From: Eledone cirrhosa
Lineage: Eukaryota
Reading direction: 5' to 3'
Assembly (NCBI GenBank): GCA_964016885.1
Contig: OZ024741.1
Location: 156,860,001-156,924,000, forward strand
DNA length: 64,000 nucleotides
Shown here: positions 41,090 to 53,639 of the stretch, piece by piece
Layout: each line of letters starts with the position of its first letter
Numbering within the stretch: the stretch's first letter is position 1
The notes under the pieces: generated by a model
What the model saw: only the letters and a program-made list of their open reading frames with translations
The model's database searches: none
Told to the model about the DNA's origin: nothing
Made by a program: the position numbers and the translations under genes

Positions 41090-41730
41090 ATCATAAATCA
41101 TGTCCTTAGAATTATTAGATAAAATATATACAATTTCCTCTCCCATTTAGCATAATTAACCATATAAAAATCAATTAGACCAGGCTATAAGAATATGAAG
41201 AAATATTTGATAAATAACCGAAAGCAGCCTCTTCGCGGTTGACCACAATAGAGTATTTACCCAACATTTCAACAGCATGTAGAAACTGACCAAATATATC
41301 GTCAACCATACACAATTAGGTATAAATTTAAAGTTAGAAGAAATGTGTACATACCGTAATTATATCCCTACCATGGTTTCGTTCGTATTTTGAGATATCC
41401 TATTAAGGATAAATTTCGAGTATCGAACTCATCAGGAGACAAACTCAATAGGACAGTTAATTTTCCAAAGCGATCTCGCCAGAAATAGATTCAAAATATG
41501 GCTAAGAATCGTGACGTGGCAGTGGTCAAGTTAGAAAGAATGTGATTAGTTGCTTACGGCGAGTAGGCTGGTTGCTAGAAAGCGCAGCCCAATATCGCCC
41601 AAATTGCATCTCAACCCAACGGGAGATTGTTAAATATAAAGATTTACATATACATAAAGTCACAGATATATATGTGGCAACCGTTCACGATGTTTGCTCA
41701 ATGAAGAATTAATAAGTTAAATAATCATTA
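41090..41730 (-). mobile_element. Non-coding hammerhead element monomer (~640 nt)
   Basis: Colinear with 29863-30535; hammerhead 41364-41440 GTCTC-CTGATGA-GTTCG...CGAAC-GAAAC-CATG-GTA-GGGAT. Confidence 0.8.
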
Positions 41731-42230
41731 TATATATATTATACATATCCACAATCGTATGATTTATATATATGGAGGTGCGTGAGAGGTGTTCTTGTAT
41801 GCATAACTCGGTGGACGAGAAGGTCGTTTCGCAATAATGAGGTACCGGTTTCAATCTCATTGAGTTGCGTTTTGTACTAGTACATTTTATCATTGCCTCA
41901 GGTCGACCCCAGCATAGTAAGTAAAATTGAGTAAACTAAAACTGTATGGAAGCCTATCTGATAGATTGTACCTGTCCACTTATTCTACTTCAGAATTATG
42001 TTAAAGATATGCCTGTATTAGCTAGAAAACATCGGTTGGAAATGCTCATTTGCATATTGTACGAACTTGGTTGGTTATAATTAATTGGCAGTACTAATAC
42101 AAGGTTAATCATAGTGCCGCTGTCTGGCATTCTGTGGTATGTTCACAGAACAAATGACAGAAAAGTTTTGTTTTTTTTTTTGTTAGGAAAAAATATTTTT
42201 TCTTCAATAGCGAGACTACGATATGTTTAT

Positions 42231-42274
<44 letters not shown>

Positions 42275-42321
42275 CTAGACCGAAAAATGCGGGCTCATGT
42301 GTAATAATATTCTTAAATAAT

Positions 42322-42500
42322 AATTGGTTCTACATTTGGCACAAGGCCACCAATTACCCAGTGCATTACTGGTACTTTATTTTATCGACCCCGTAAGATT
42401 GAAAGGCAAAATTAACCTCGACGTGATTTGAACTCAGACCGTAAAGGGACATAACTATGCTGGAAAGCATGGCGTCCGACCCTCTACCGATCCACCGCCC
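42322..42500 (-). mobile_element. Full-length SINE
   Basis: Consensus match; TATTCTTAAATA-type TSD. Confidence 0.85.
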
Positions 42501-43374
42501 TTATTATTCTTAAATACTCTTAATATTCTTAAATAATAATAAACCTGGAAAAATACAGGACAGGTAGAATTAACTCTTAAAATATTGAAGCTGTAATTTG
42601 AATTTGATGAATTCAATGTACAGTAAAATTAGCAATGCCAAGAGATAATAAGAAATAATAATGAATTGGGGATTTATTAGATATTAAGTCATAAGTTTGC
42701 CTAAGTCAGCAATCCCCATTTTACCAACCAAATGCAATTAATGTCATCAATCTTTTGTACATAAATTGTCAGTTCATTTAAGTTGTCACTTTTTTTTTCC
42801 CTTTAGTGGGTTAATTATACTGTATTACTTTAAAAATTGACATTAAAAATTAATTGAAATTAATAGTAAAAACTAATGAGCTAAATTTTGCATAAATTGT
42901 CATCATATTAAAATTATTAATCTAATTTCATTTTTAAAAAAGTTAAGCCAAAATTTGTCAAGATCGAATTACAGTTGACTCCCCCTAATTGTCAGCAAAT
43001 TATTTTATTTAAATTACCTTGACCATTTGCTAAGGCATTTACAATCCTTTTTTCATCAATAAAAATTAATTTTTATTTCAATATTTCTATAAAATCCAAA
43101 ATATTAAAATTTAAAAGGTATTTTGTAGAATATAATCAATAGAGACATTTGCCTTTTCTGAACACCTTACTACTAGCCTTCAGGTGTGCCCATAGAGACA
43201 AAGCTATAATTGACTATACTCTAATGATCAATTTAGAGTTTAACTTAACAAGTGAAGTTATTAAAGATGCTAGAAAAACAAGCAATTAAAATAACTGAGT
43301 CAAAAATAAATAAAATTAAGTAGTAAATAAATAAAATGCCAATAAACAGTGAGCTCAAATTCAACAATAATTTG

Positions 43375-43630
43375 TCCATAATTAGCAGTTAGTCCAAAAT
43401 AAAATTAAGTAGTCCAGAATTAGCATTTAGTCCAAAATAAAATTATGTAGTCGAAAATCAGCATTTAGTCCAAAATAAGCAGCAAGTAGTCAAAATTAAA
43501 ATTAAGTAGTCCAGAATCAGCATTTAGTCTAAAATAATCAGCAAGTAGTCCAAAACAAAATGAAGTAGTCCAGAATTAACAGTAATCCTAATTATAAGTT
43601 GGTAGTCCAAGATCAATAGTCCAAAATCAA
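43375..43630. repeat. ~20-bp minisatellite (AGTAGTCCAGAATTAGCATT-like)
   Basis: Repeated TAGTCCA units. Confidence 0.75.
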
Positions 43631-43634
43631 AAAA

Positions 43635-44240
43635 CTAAATTTTTTCCATAAACAATACAACCACATTAGGTAACTTAGAAGAAAATTTATTGTGCCTTTT
43701 TTTGATAATGTTGTCACTAATTTTATCCCAATTTTCAGCACCACTTTTTACCAGACAAGTATAATGGCCTGCCGTAGATGATATTCCTTCATGAAGAATA
43801 GCAGCTTTTAATATGAAATTTGTGCCATATATTTGCTGCTTTTTTGAGCTAAAGTTCATAATATCACAATTAATTCTTTGTTCTCCTTCATTATTAATCA
43901 AAAATTTATTAATTGAGATGACAACGTATTTGAAATCGTTAGTAAATTCAATTCTTGGAGTTATTTGATGCTCAGAATTTTCAGAACAAGTATCACAGTA
44001 TTTAGTCAAAGTATTTGTTGTTGAAGGTAGAGATTTAAATTGTTATGTGCCATTAATAGGATTTAATATCAAATCCTCTTTTATTTTAAATGGAAGTTCA
44101 GATTCTATACCACATCCAGGTCTTGAATTACAATTGCAAACACTTTTATTTAAAGCTTGGCAATTTGTTTGATGCAATCGGATGCATCTAGTATGATCAG
44201 TTTGAATAAATTGAAGTTTTTCTCTAAATACCAAGTCCAA
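43635..44240 (-). pseudogene. Intronless ubiquitin-specific protease (peptidase C19)-like C-terminal fragment
   Basis: In-frame across one stop: C..C/CDTC Zn motif, YVVISINKF, LKAAILHEG...GHYTCLVK..W..ISD, LFMEK (His box); Cys box absent. Confidence 0.65.
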
Positions 44241-44374
44241 AAATAACTCTTTTTTTATTTTTATAATTTGTCTGATAAGTTAATCTTTTTAGTTTGTATT
44301 TGTCATTAATTTTTTTTCTATATATTTTTCTTGCCATTTAACATTATTTGATTTAGAATTTTCAATTTTTTTCA

Positions 44375-44653
44375 ATGGTAAGAAAATAAAAAATATTAAT
44401 GAGGGTAGAAACAAAATGGATGAAGAAGAAAAAAAGAAAAAAAGGAGTGCTGAAAGACAAAAAAAAATAGAGAGAAAAACAAAAAAAATAATGATGAATA
44501 TAGAAAGAAAAAGCTTGAATACTAAAAAAATTATAGAAATAACTATTGTTTTTCTCTATATTTTTTTTTGTCTTTCAGCACTCCTTTTTTTCTTTTTTTC
44601 TACTTCATCCATTTTGTTTCTACCCTCATTAATATTTTTTATTTTCTTACCAT
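44375..44653. repeat. ~108-bp inverted repeat with ~62-bp spacer
   Basis: 44375-44483 is the reverse complement of 44546-44653. Confidence 0.85.
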
Positions 44654-44789
44654 CCGGGCCCAGGATTTGACTGACCCCCCCCCCCCCCCCCCCCCAATAA
44701 TATAAAGCATTAGCATTATTAAAGCATGCGATTTATGTTTATTATAATAAAATGAGTGTTTATTGTTAGACAATTGAAAGATATTTTAG

Positions 44790-46050
44790 GGTATAACTTC
44801 TTTTCTACTGACCTAAAATTCAATCTCCTTATACCAAAATGTATCCTGGGATGAGTCCATTCTAGTGCAAAAAACCTGATCAAATTTGGTTGAGAACTGA
44901 ATTACTGACAAGTCCTAGAAGTGGCTGTCGTTGGGAAAAAGTTGACCTTATAAGAATATTATATTCACACACTACCATGTGTGAATGATATGGCGCGTGG
45001 CTGAGTGGTTAGAGAGTTATAATAAATAAAGAAGCGCCCAATAGTATTATTAAAGTATTTATTTTATATATATATGTGTGTGTATGTATAAAAGATATAA
45101 AATTACTTTGACATAGACAACTGGGTAATTTACTAGTTTACGTACACAAACTCAAATAAACATTATCGCTAGTTATGTCTGGTCGAAAATGAAACTGACT
45201 AGGGTTTAGGGTTAGGGTTAGGTTATTTGTTGAAAAAGAGAGAGAAATTATTAGATACAAAAAGAGACATAGAATTAAAAGCAGAACTAGTTAAATATTA
45301 ATATAATAGTAACTGTTTGATTTGATTACCTCGTAACTACAAAATAATAGACATTCTAAAACAAATTACTGATAACAATTAAAAATGCTGCAAAAGTATT
45401 CTCCGCACGAACAGTATTTCGCCAAATAAATTCATGCAAACAGCTTTGGAACAGGGCGTCTGAAGTACCAAAGTGTCTACGTATTTCGACCTCCAGGCAT
45501 AATTTTCCTGTCAGAAGTAAAATTAATTTTCAAAGGTGAAACTTTTAAGCTTAACAGTAACAGTTTCACTTTCGACCAGACATAACTATCGATAATGTTT
45601 ATTTGAGTTACTTAAGGGAAACTACTTAGTACAGCTACGATGGATTTATACTAGAGTTATGTCCCTTAGCGTTACTCCTCATCTGATTTCGTCATTTAAA
45701 ATCACACAACTCGATTTCTATGGCACCAATCTTTTCGATATTGACAAATTTCGATTCAGCTTATCGAGTTCTATCTACTGAGATAGGTAGTAGTTATGAT
45801 GAGTCAAAGTCAATGCGGTGCTTTATCCTCCACTACTTGACCACACATATTTTAGCGTAACTTTTTTTCTACTGACCCAAATTCAATTTCCTTATACCAA
45901 AATGTAGCCTGGGATGAGTCCATTTTAGTGCAAAAGGCCTGATCAAATTTGGTTGAGAACTGAATTAGTGACAAGCCCTAGAAGTGGCTGTCGCTGGGAA
46001 AAAGTTGACCTTAAAAATATTATTCACACACTACCGTGTGTGAATGATAT
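44790..46050 (+). mobile_element. Two ~190-bp direct-repeat copies (44790-44990, 45858-46050) ending in a palindrome; Helentron/DINE-like
   Basis: 3' hairpin ATTCACACAC-TACC-GTGTGTGAAT. Confidence 0.5.
45149..45609. mobile_element. MITE-like segment with ~48-bp inverted repeats
   Basis: 45149-45197 vs 45561-45609; short (TTAGGG)-like run inside. Confidence 0.5.
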
Positions 46051-46065
46051 ATATATATATATATA

Positions 46066-47076
46066 CAACGCTCGCCAATAAAATCTGGTAGCTTAAAAAC
46101 ACAAATCAGGAATATAGAATTAGCTGGTCTAAATTATCAAGAGCAAAGGCCTACTACAATGGAATGTCCCACTGCAGACTTTGCAATATGGAGCTATTCC
46201 ATATTTTAAGGTACGATAAGATGTTGCTTAAGAGCAAAATAGAAAGATCAATTTTCTGTAGGCATAAAACAGCTACCAGGTTCACAAAGTTCAAACCACC
46301 GTGATTCGAGCCAGCAATCCCAAAATTAGAACTGAACCACCTGCATTTTAACGTACCATCACACTGCTATTAGCAGTCAAACAGCCGACCGGTCACTAGA
46401 TCATAAATCTCTTAACATCTCTTTCACCCTCTCTCCCTGAAACCACATCAACCCCATTAAGACAAGACAATCAGCAAAACATTTACCACACACACTTGTC
46501 AAACCTCTCTTCACCCTCCACCCTTAGCCCTTGGGTCTCACACTAGTATCTCCCAATTAATCTCTAATTTATTGCTTTTTCTTTCATCTGTCACTACCTC
46601 AGACTCTCTACACGTATCTATGTATGGTTCGAATATGACTTTTCATGTTAGCACTAAATCCACCACAGCGTCCTTATACGTACACTTACTCACCACCACC
46701 ATCATATTCTGTACTTATGTGCTCCCACTTATCTTTATTTCTTTATATCTTTATTATTTTTCCATTTTCTTACTTTTTTACTTTATCTTTTTTCTTATCT
46801 TTTACTTTTTACATCTGTAACTTCTTTACCTATTTATCATATATTTTATTATTGCTGTTATTGTTTTGATTATACGCTATTTCTCTATATATATCGTGCC
46901 ATGTATGAATTATTCGCATTCTGATGATTTGGTCAGAGGTAAATAATGTAATAGAGATCGAGTGACGCAACTTCGAGCGATTAGCGGCCTCTAGACTCAC
47001 CTGATCAATGAAACAATTGTTAATACTTGAAATAAAACCCTTTTTGTACAGTCAACCATGTTACTCTTCATTCTTT

Positions 47077-47082
<6 letters not shown>
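46066..47082 (+). mobile_element. Naiad-type PLE 3' fragment with hammerhead 46916-47026
   Basis: TTLANKIW*LK..YRISW..AKAY..CRLCNME..CRH; CTGATGA-TTTGGTCAG...CTGATCAAT-GAAAC-AATT-GTT; (TA)n flanks. Confidence 0.85.
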
Positions 47083-47158
<76 letters not shown>

Positions 47159-47552
47159 TGTATATGCTTTCGTATACACCTCTGTTGCGCATAAATGCTG
47201 TCTTAGTGCTAATACCAATTAATTATAGCGCGCCAAGTTTGCACTTTATGCAAATGACCATTTCCAACAAATGTTCATCAAAATCTATACACACTTTAGT
47301 TTTTTCCATGTCAGTACTGGTTGAGTGTATTTCACTGATGAAACATTAATGCATCTTGGAACAGTGCTGTCTGGAATTCTCGACTGATACAGATATTCTG
47401 TTACGTGTTCACAGAAAGAAAAATAACTTTTTCGTTACGAAAAAATATTTTTTTCTCTGATAGCTGGGTCACCATATGTTTATTGTATATAAATATATAG
47501 TATGTTTTCATATACACCCTATTATACTTAAACGCTCTCTTAATGTTACTTC

Positions 47553-47584
<32 letters not shown>

Positions 47585-47904
47585 TGTATGTATGTATGTA
47601 TGTATGTATGTATGTATGTATGTATGTATGTATGTGTGTGTGTGTGTGTGTGTGTGTATGTCTGTCTGTATGTATGTATGCATGTTTATAATTTCACAAA
47701 TTTTTACCAATAGAGAGAGAGTCGGTTTCTAACATAGACACAATACTCTCTCATTGGAATTTTCACAACATCAACTAGGTAGATATCTATGCATGTTTGC
47801 ATGCATTCATGTGTAGATATGGTTGTTATTGTATGTGTGGATGTGGATGTTTTGAGTTGTATGTGTGCATGGGTATATGCTTTGTATCTGTACATGTGTA
47901 TATG

Positions 47905-49075
47905 CAGTTATTAGATGCAAAATGTTTGGAATGTTTTACATATTTTTACTGTTCCATTAATGGATTGTACTTGTAATTTCCTAACTAGTTGTGTTCTTTC
48001 TGTTCCTGTGAAGCCTACCTTCTCAAGATTTGTATTGAGGCAGTTACTAACATATCCCAGTGCCCCAATAATCACAGGCTTAAATCTGAAGGTGAAATCA
48101 AGGTGGAGTGTCTGCAGATTTCTCATCAGTTCTGCATAAATATTCTCCTTTTCGCTAATCTTTGCTGGACAGCTAACTTCCACTACTGTGCATGCTTTCT
48201 TTTCCCTGTACCATATCATAATATATGGTCTGTTTTGCCTGCATTTTATTGGGGTTTTTACTGGAACATTCCAGCAGTACTCTTTCGTATTATTTATATG
48301 GATGTCTTCCACATTGCTGTAGCTTTTAATGTGTTTATTATCGGGGCTATCTTTTCTACGGATTGCATTGTACAGTGTTTTGGCCACTACATCATGCCTC
48401 ATAGGTAGATAGTACCGCGATGACATCTTTGGACAGCTGCTGATGACATGGGTGACATCTTCGATGTTAATTCTGCAGAGTCTGCACTTGTTATCTAGGT
48501 ATTTTGCCTGCATCCCTATCCCTTTTGTGAATCAGGTATTTCGTGTTAATTTCCTGTTCTTGGATTGCAAAAGCGTATCCTTCAAAGTGGGAGCCAATAT
48601 ATCGGTTGCTGGTCCAAGATAGACTACTTTCTTTATCTATATTACTCTCACTCTGGAGCTTCCTGGCAACATATCCATGCATAATATTTTGCTGATAAGC
48701 ATGCAATTTTTCATCCATGGATTCACTGCGATACTGCTGAGCGACTTCCCTGGGTGTGAGTTTTTGATTATCACACAGGGAATATCTCTCGATTAGTTCC
48801 TTCCCAACTCTCATGATCTTATGTGTTTCATGCTGATAGACTTTCTCGAGAGACGGGTTCCTACGCTTCGAGGTTCGTTGATGTTGTCGGAGGGATGTGA
48901 TGCGACATTCAAATGCTGTCTGGACTGATGTTAGGCCGCTGCCTCCCTACTTACGTTACAAGTAAAGGCGGTCTATGTTACTGTTGATGTGGATGTTTCC
49001 GGTGTTGTTTAGTATTTTTCGAGTTCTAACATCAACTACTCGGATTTCGTCTATCGTCCAATTCAGTATTCTAAA
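47905..49075 (-). mobile_element. R4/Dong-like RLE LINE 3' fragment
   Basis: FAIQEQEINTK, CRLC...HVISSC, MRHD, RPYIMIW..VEVSCP, VIIGALG. Confidence 0.85.
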
Positions 49076-49239
49076 CGTTGGTGTTAGGACAGGCACAGCA
49101 AACACATTGTGAGCCACTGTTTTGTTTTGCGCAGAGAGTTCCGATGACCATATCTTTCTTAATCGGGTATAGTATTCCTTGTTGCGTATGTATGTATATG
49201 CGTATGTATGTATGTTCTTCTGGTTCTATTATTTTATAA

Positions 49240-49850
49240 ATTTTCACCAATAAAGAGAGAGAGCTGGTTTCTAACAGGCACATTCTGACATTGGAATTTA
49301 GACGACTTCAACTAGGTAAATACGCATGTATATCAGTAGGTATTTGTGTGTGCGTGTGTGTGCAAGTATAGATGTTATTGCGTGTGTTGTGTGCAGGTAT
49401 AGATGTTATTGTATGTGAGGATCTGCATGTTTTGAATCATATGTGTACACGTGCAACGTTTATCCTCTGCAATACTCTATATATTGGCCAAGAGGGATTT
49501 TTCTGGTGTACGGATGCTTAATTTGTTAACGGTGACACGTGATATTTTATTGCAATATTAAACCCGTTTGACTAATGGCAACCCGTAGATGTTATAACAT
49601 ATATTGAATTATATGAGTTACACAAGAAATTGCTTTTCATTTTGAAAATAGATCCGTCTTTGCAGTCAAATTCCTCACCTTCTAATATGTAGCTGCATAC
49701 TCCGCAGTTAGGTCGGTTGCCCCTTATTACTTCAGGTTCTTTAATTGTGGTTGGTTTACAGTTTTGCATTCCTCTGTATCTTTTTAATGTCGTTTACTTT
49801 TTATATTGAGTATTTTTGTAAAAGGTGTTTCATTTTTTTTTATATCCTTT
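49240..49850 (-). mobile_element. Decayed PLE 3' end (Neptune-like Cys motif plus GIY-YIG start); related end at 47695-47900
   Basis: RPNCGVCSYI...FLCNSYNSIYVITSTGC; shared ~200-bp terminal repeat. Confidence 0.55.
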
Positions 49851-49911
49851 ATTAGGATAGTGTACTTTAGTTGTATGTGCATGTGTATATTTCTGTATTA
49901 TTTGGTTTGAA

Positions 49912-50100
49912 AGGGCGGTGGATTGGCAGTATCGGTAGAGGGTCGGACGCCATGCTTTCCAGCATAGTTACGTCCCTTTACCATCTGAGTTCAAATCCCG
50001 CCGAGGTTGACTTTGCCTTTCATCCTTACGGGGTCGATAAAATAAAGTACCAGTAATGCACTGGTAATTGCTGGCCTTGTGCCTAAAGTAGAAACAATTA
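49912..50100 (+). mobile_element. Full-length SINE, 17-bp TSD
   Basis: ATTATTTGGTTTGAAAG duplicated on both sides. Confidence 0.9.
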
Positions 50101-50229
50101 TTTGGTTTGAAAGTTGAAATATATGGTATGACCTTTTATTTCTGTTTTCGTTTTCTTTTCTTTCTTTTGCTTTGTATGAAACCTATTAGGTGTATTGTCT
50201 ATTCTTTACTAATATTTTTCCCTACACAA

Positions 50230-50295
<66 letters not shown>

Positions 50296-50382
50296 ATGTG
50301 TGTGTGTGTTTGTGTAGGGAAAAATAATAGTAAAGATTAGGCAATACACCTAATAGGTTTCATATATATATATATATATATA

Positions 50383-50520
50383 TAACGAAGGAAGTGTGGT
50401 AAGGGACCAGGTGGACCATAACGCACCAGAGTAGAGTGGGTAATAGGAAATTGTTCAAGACCCCGACGGCAGAGCTCAAGCCGTTTCGACGGCTATTTCT
50501 GGACGCAGAAATTTCTAGTC
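50383..50520 (-). mobile_element. Terminal piece of the 23k Naiad family with the tail hairpin deleted
   Basis: Matches 51262-51395 minus ~21 nt between AGAGT direct repeats. Confidence 0.8.
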
Positions 50521-50523
50521 AAG

Positions 50524-51202
50524 AACTTTTTTTAGTTATTGCTCGCACCAACCTGAGGTATATGATTTTTAATGCGATGAAATATCAATGATGGTTGGCA
50601 AATCACTGACGAAGGACTAATTTTATCATATGTAACCCATGTGCAACCACGCAGTATTCTTCTTTCTTCTCATGTTTTTTATATATATTTACCTCGGCTG
50701 CGTTTGTCTGTTTCTCTCTTACTGCTTCCCCGTTCTCTCTGTTGCTCTCACCTTCTTTCGCCCCCTCTGTCAGTTACACTTTCTCTCGACTGACCTCTTC
50801 CTCGCACTTCCACTCACTCACTCTCTGTTTCTCCCTTCTCACTTCCTCCCGTTTGGCTAGTAGTGGGGTCTTTTCTTGCTCACATCTCACTCACGTCGGA
50901 CGGTCTGTATCTTGATCGCTCATGAAATCCACCCAGCCTATGCTGACCGGACAACCATGTTGCTTGTTTATTTTCCTATCTTTGGTTTGCTTTTATCCTT
51001 CTATGTTGTTTACTTGTCCCCCTCGCTTTACGCGATTTACTGGTCCCAATAACTTTTTTTAGTTATTGCTCGCACCACCCTGAGGTATATGATTTTTAAT
51101 GCGATGAAATATCAATGATGGTTGGCAAATCACTGACGAAGGATTAATTTTATCATATGTAACCCATGTGCAACCACGCAGTATTCTTCTTTCTTCTCAT
51201 TG

Positions 51203-51210
<8 letters not shown>
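50524..51210 (+). mobile_element. Non-coding partial-tandem element (~527-nt unit)
   Basis: ~160-bp direct repeat 50524-50687 / 51051-51210; CTGACGA present but no complete hammerhead; ends in (TA)n. Confidence 0.55.
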
Positions 51211-51261
<51 letters not shown>

Positions 51262-51263
<2 letters not shown>

Positions 51264-51451
51264 CAAAGGAGTTGTGGTAAGGAACCGGATGGACCATAAC
51301 GCACCAGAGTACTCAATACTTAGGGTAGTAGAGTGGGAAATAGGAAACTGTATGACCCCGACGGCAGAGCTCAAGCCGTTTCGACGGCTATTTCAGTCCA
51401 GAAATAGCCGTCGAAACGGCTTGAGCTCTGCCGTCGGGGTCATACTTTTTC

Positions 51452-51452
<1 letters not shown>
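51262..51452 (-). mobile_element. Fold-back mini-PLE (23k Naiad family)
   Basis: Tail plus pLTR end, then ~55-bp inverted arm; (TA)n flanks. Confidence 0.85.
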
Positions 51453-51484
<32 letters not shown>

Positions 51485-51492
51485 TATATATA

Positions 51493-51528
<36 letters not shown>

Positions 51529-53572
51529 TAATATAAGATCAAAAGATGGTTAAAGGAGTTCCATATATTTTATTATGCGCATTTCAAAAACAAACATCAT
51601 CAAACAATAATATTTGTGTTTTCATCAGATAAAACAGGAGAACATGATATGAAGGCTAAAAAATACTAGTTGATAGTGCAGTTTTAAATCAACATATGAA
51701 AAGTGGTTTTAGATTGATGTGTGATATTGGGAAAAATATTTTATTTAGAGAGGGGGGGGGAGAGAAGGATGAAAAGGGAAGGAGATGAGAGGGAGAGATG
51801 GGTGATAGAGAGAAAGAGATAGTTTTTATAACTGAGATGAGATATATTTTATATAGAGGGGTTGAAAACCGTTGGAAGATACTGTATAAATTAAAAATTT
51901 TGAAAATTAACGAAGGGAGGATATGTGCGAGGAAAAAATATTTTATTTAGGGAGGGGGGGGGTTGGAAAGGATGAAAAAAAGGGGAGGAGATGAGAGTGA
52001 AGGTGGAAAGGGAGAGATGGGTGATAGAGAGAAAGAGATAGTTTTTATAACTGAGAAAAAGATATAATGTTTTAATATAGAGAGGTTGGGAACCGTTGGA
52101 AGATAATGTATAAATTAAAGGAATTTGAAAATTAACGAAGGGAAATTATGTATGAAGATAGAGAGAAAAAAAAAAAAATAAAAAAATAATAATTGTGGGT
52201 GAATATTCTAACGTCAAAAGAAGAAATGTATGTATTGTGGGAATTTCAAAATTAGCAAAGAGAAAAAAAGTTTATGTGTAGAAGGATTTGAGAAAAATAA
52301 TGTGAAGTTAAAGTTTGTATATTGAATTCATATGTATTAATAATGAGTTCGTTCATATGGTCCTTAAAAGACAAAAACATTAAATATAACATCTTTTGGA
52401 AAAAGATTTCTTCTGCATCCTCATACTTGAACAGCTCTCTATCTAAAATCTGTAATCTCTGCCTAAATGAAAAATTTACCATTATCTCTAACCTAGAATC
52501 CATAATAAATAGACGCTCAGATTTGTTTTCTATCTGCCTGCATAAATTCCATAGAACTTTTCACAAAGTATACAGTTAATATTCAATTCTTTATCAATTT
52601 AGAATCTTTTCTCAAAGGCACATATACATACACCTCTTTAAAATATACCCATCTACCTTACTTTAAAGGGCATTATACACTCTATAATACTCGTTTACTC
52701 ATTACCCTCATTCTATCTTCTCGTAAAACAATAACATTTGTTTTTGACATTTTGAGTATTCATCCGCAATCATTATTATTTTTTCTCTCTATCATAAATC
52801 TTTTTAATCTCAATTTCATCCTTAATTTATTATTATTTTTTTCTCCCCATCAACGAACTCATTATTAATACATATGAATTCAATATACAAACTTTAACTT
52901 CACATTATTTTTCTCAAATCCTTCTACACATAAACTTTTTTTCTCTTTGCTAATTTTGAAATTCCCACAATACATACATTTCTTCTTTTGACGTTAGAAT
53001 ATTCACCCACAATTATTATTTTTTTTTTTTTTTTTTTTTTCTCTCTATCTTCATACATAATTTCCCTTCGTTAATTTTCAAATTCCTTTAATTTATACAT
53101 TATCTTCCAACGGTTCCCAACCTCTCTATATTAAAACATTATATCTTTTTCTCAGTTATAAAAACTATCTCTTTCTCTCTATCACCCATCTCTCCCTTTC
53201 CACCTTCACTCTCATCTCCTCCCCTTTTTTTCATCCTTTCCAACCCCCCCCCTCCCTAAATAAAATATTTTTTCCTCGCACATATCCTCCCTTCGTTAAT
53301 TTTCAAAATGTTTAATTTAAACAGTATCTTCCAACGGTTTTCAACCCCTCTATATAAAATATATCTCATCTCAGTTATAAAAACTATCTCTTTCTCTCTA
53401 TCACCCATCTCTCCCTCTCATCTCCTTCCCTTTTCATCCTTTTCTCCCCCCCCCCTCTCTAAATAAAATATTTTTCCCAATATCACACATCAATCTAAAA
53501 CCACTTTTCATATGTTGATTTAAAACTGCACTATCAACTAGTGTTTTTTAGCCTTCATATCATGTTCTCCTG

Positions 53573-53639
53573 TTTTATCTGATGAAAACACAAATATTAT
53601 TGTTTGATGATGTTTGTTTTTGAAATGCGCATAATAAAA
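53573..53639 (+). ncRNA. Minimal type I hammerhead ribozyme (copies 57468-57534 +, 51568-51634 -)
   Basis: TTTTAT-CTGATGA-~16-bp stem II-GAAAT-GCGC-ATA-ATAAAA. Confidence 0.9.

Noticed and set aside
45201-45223. Telomeric TTAGGG repeats
   Set aside because: Only ~3 imperfect units inside an inverted-repeat element
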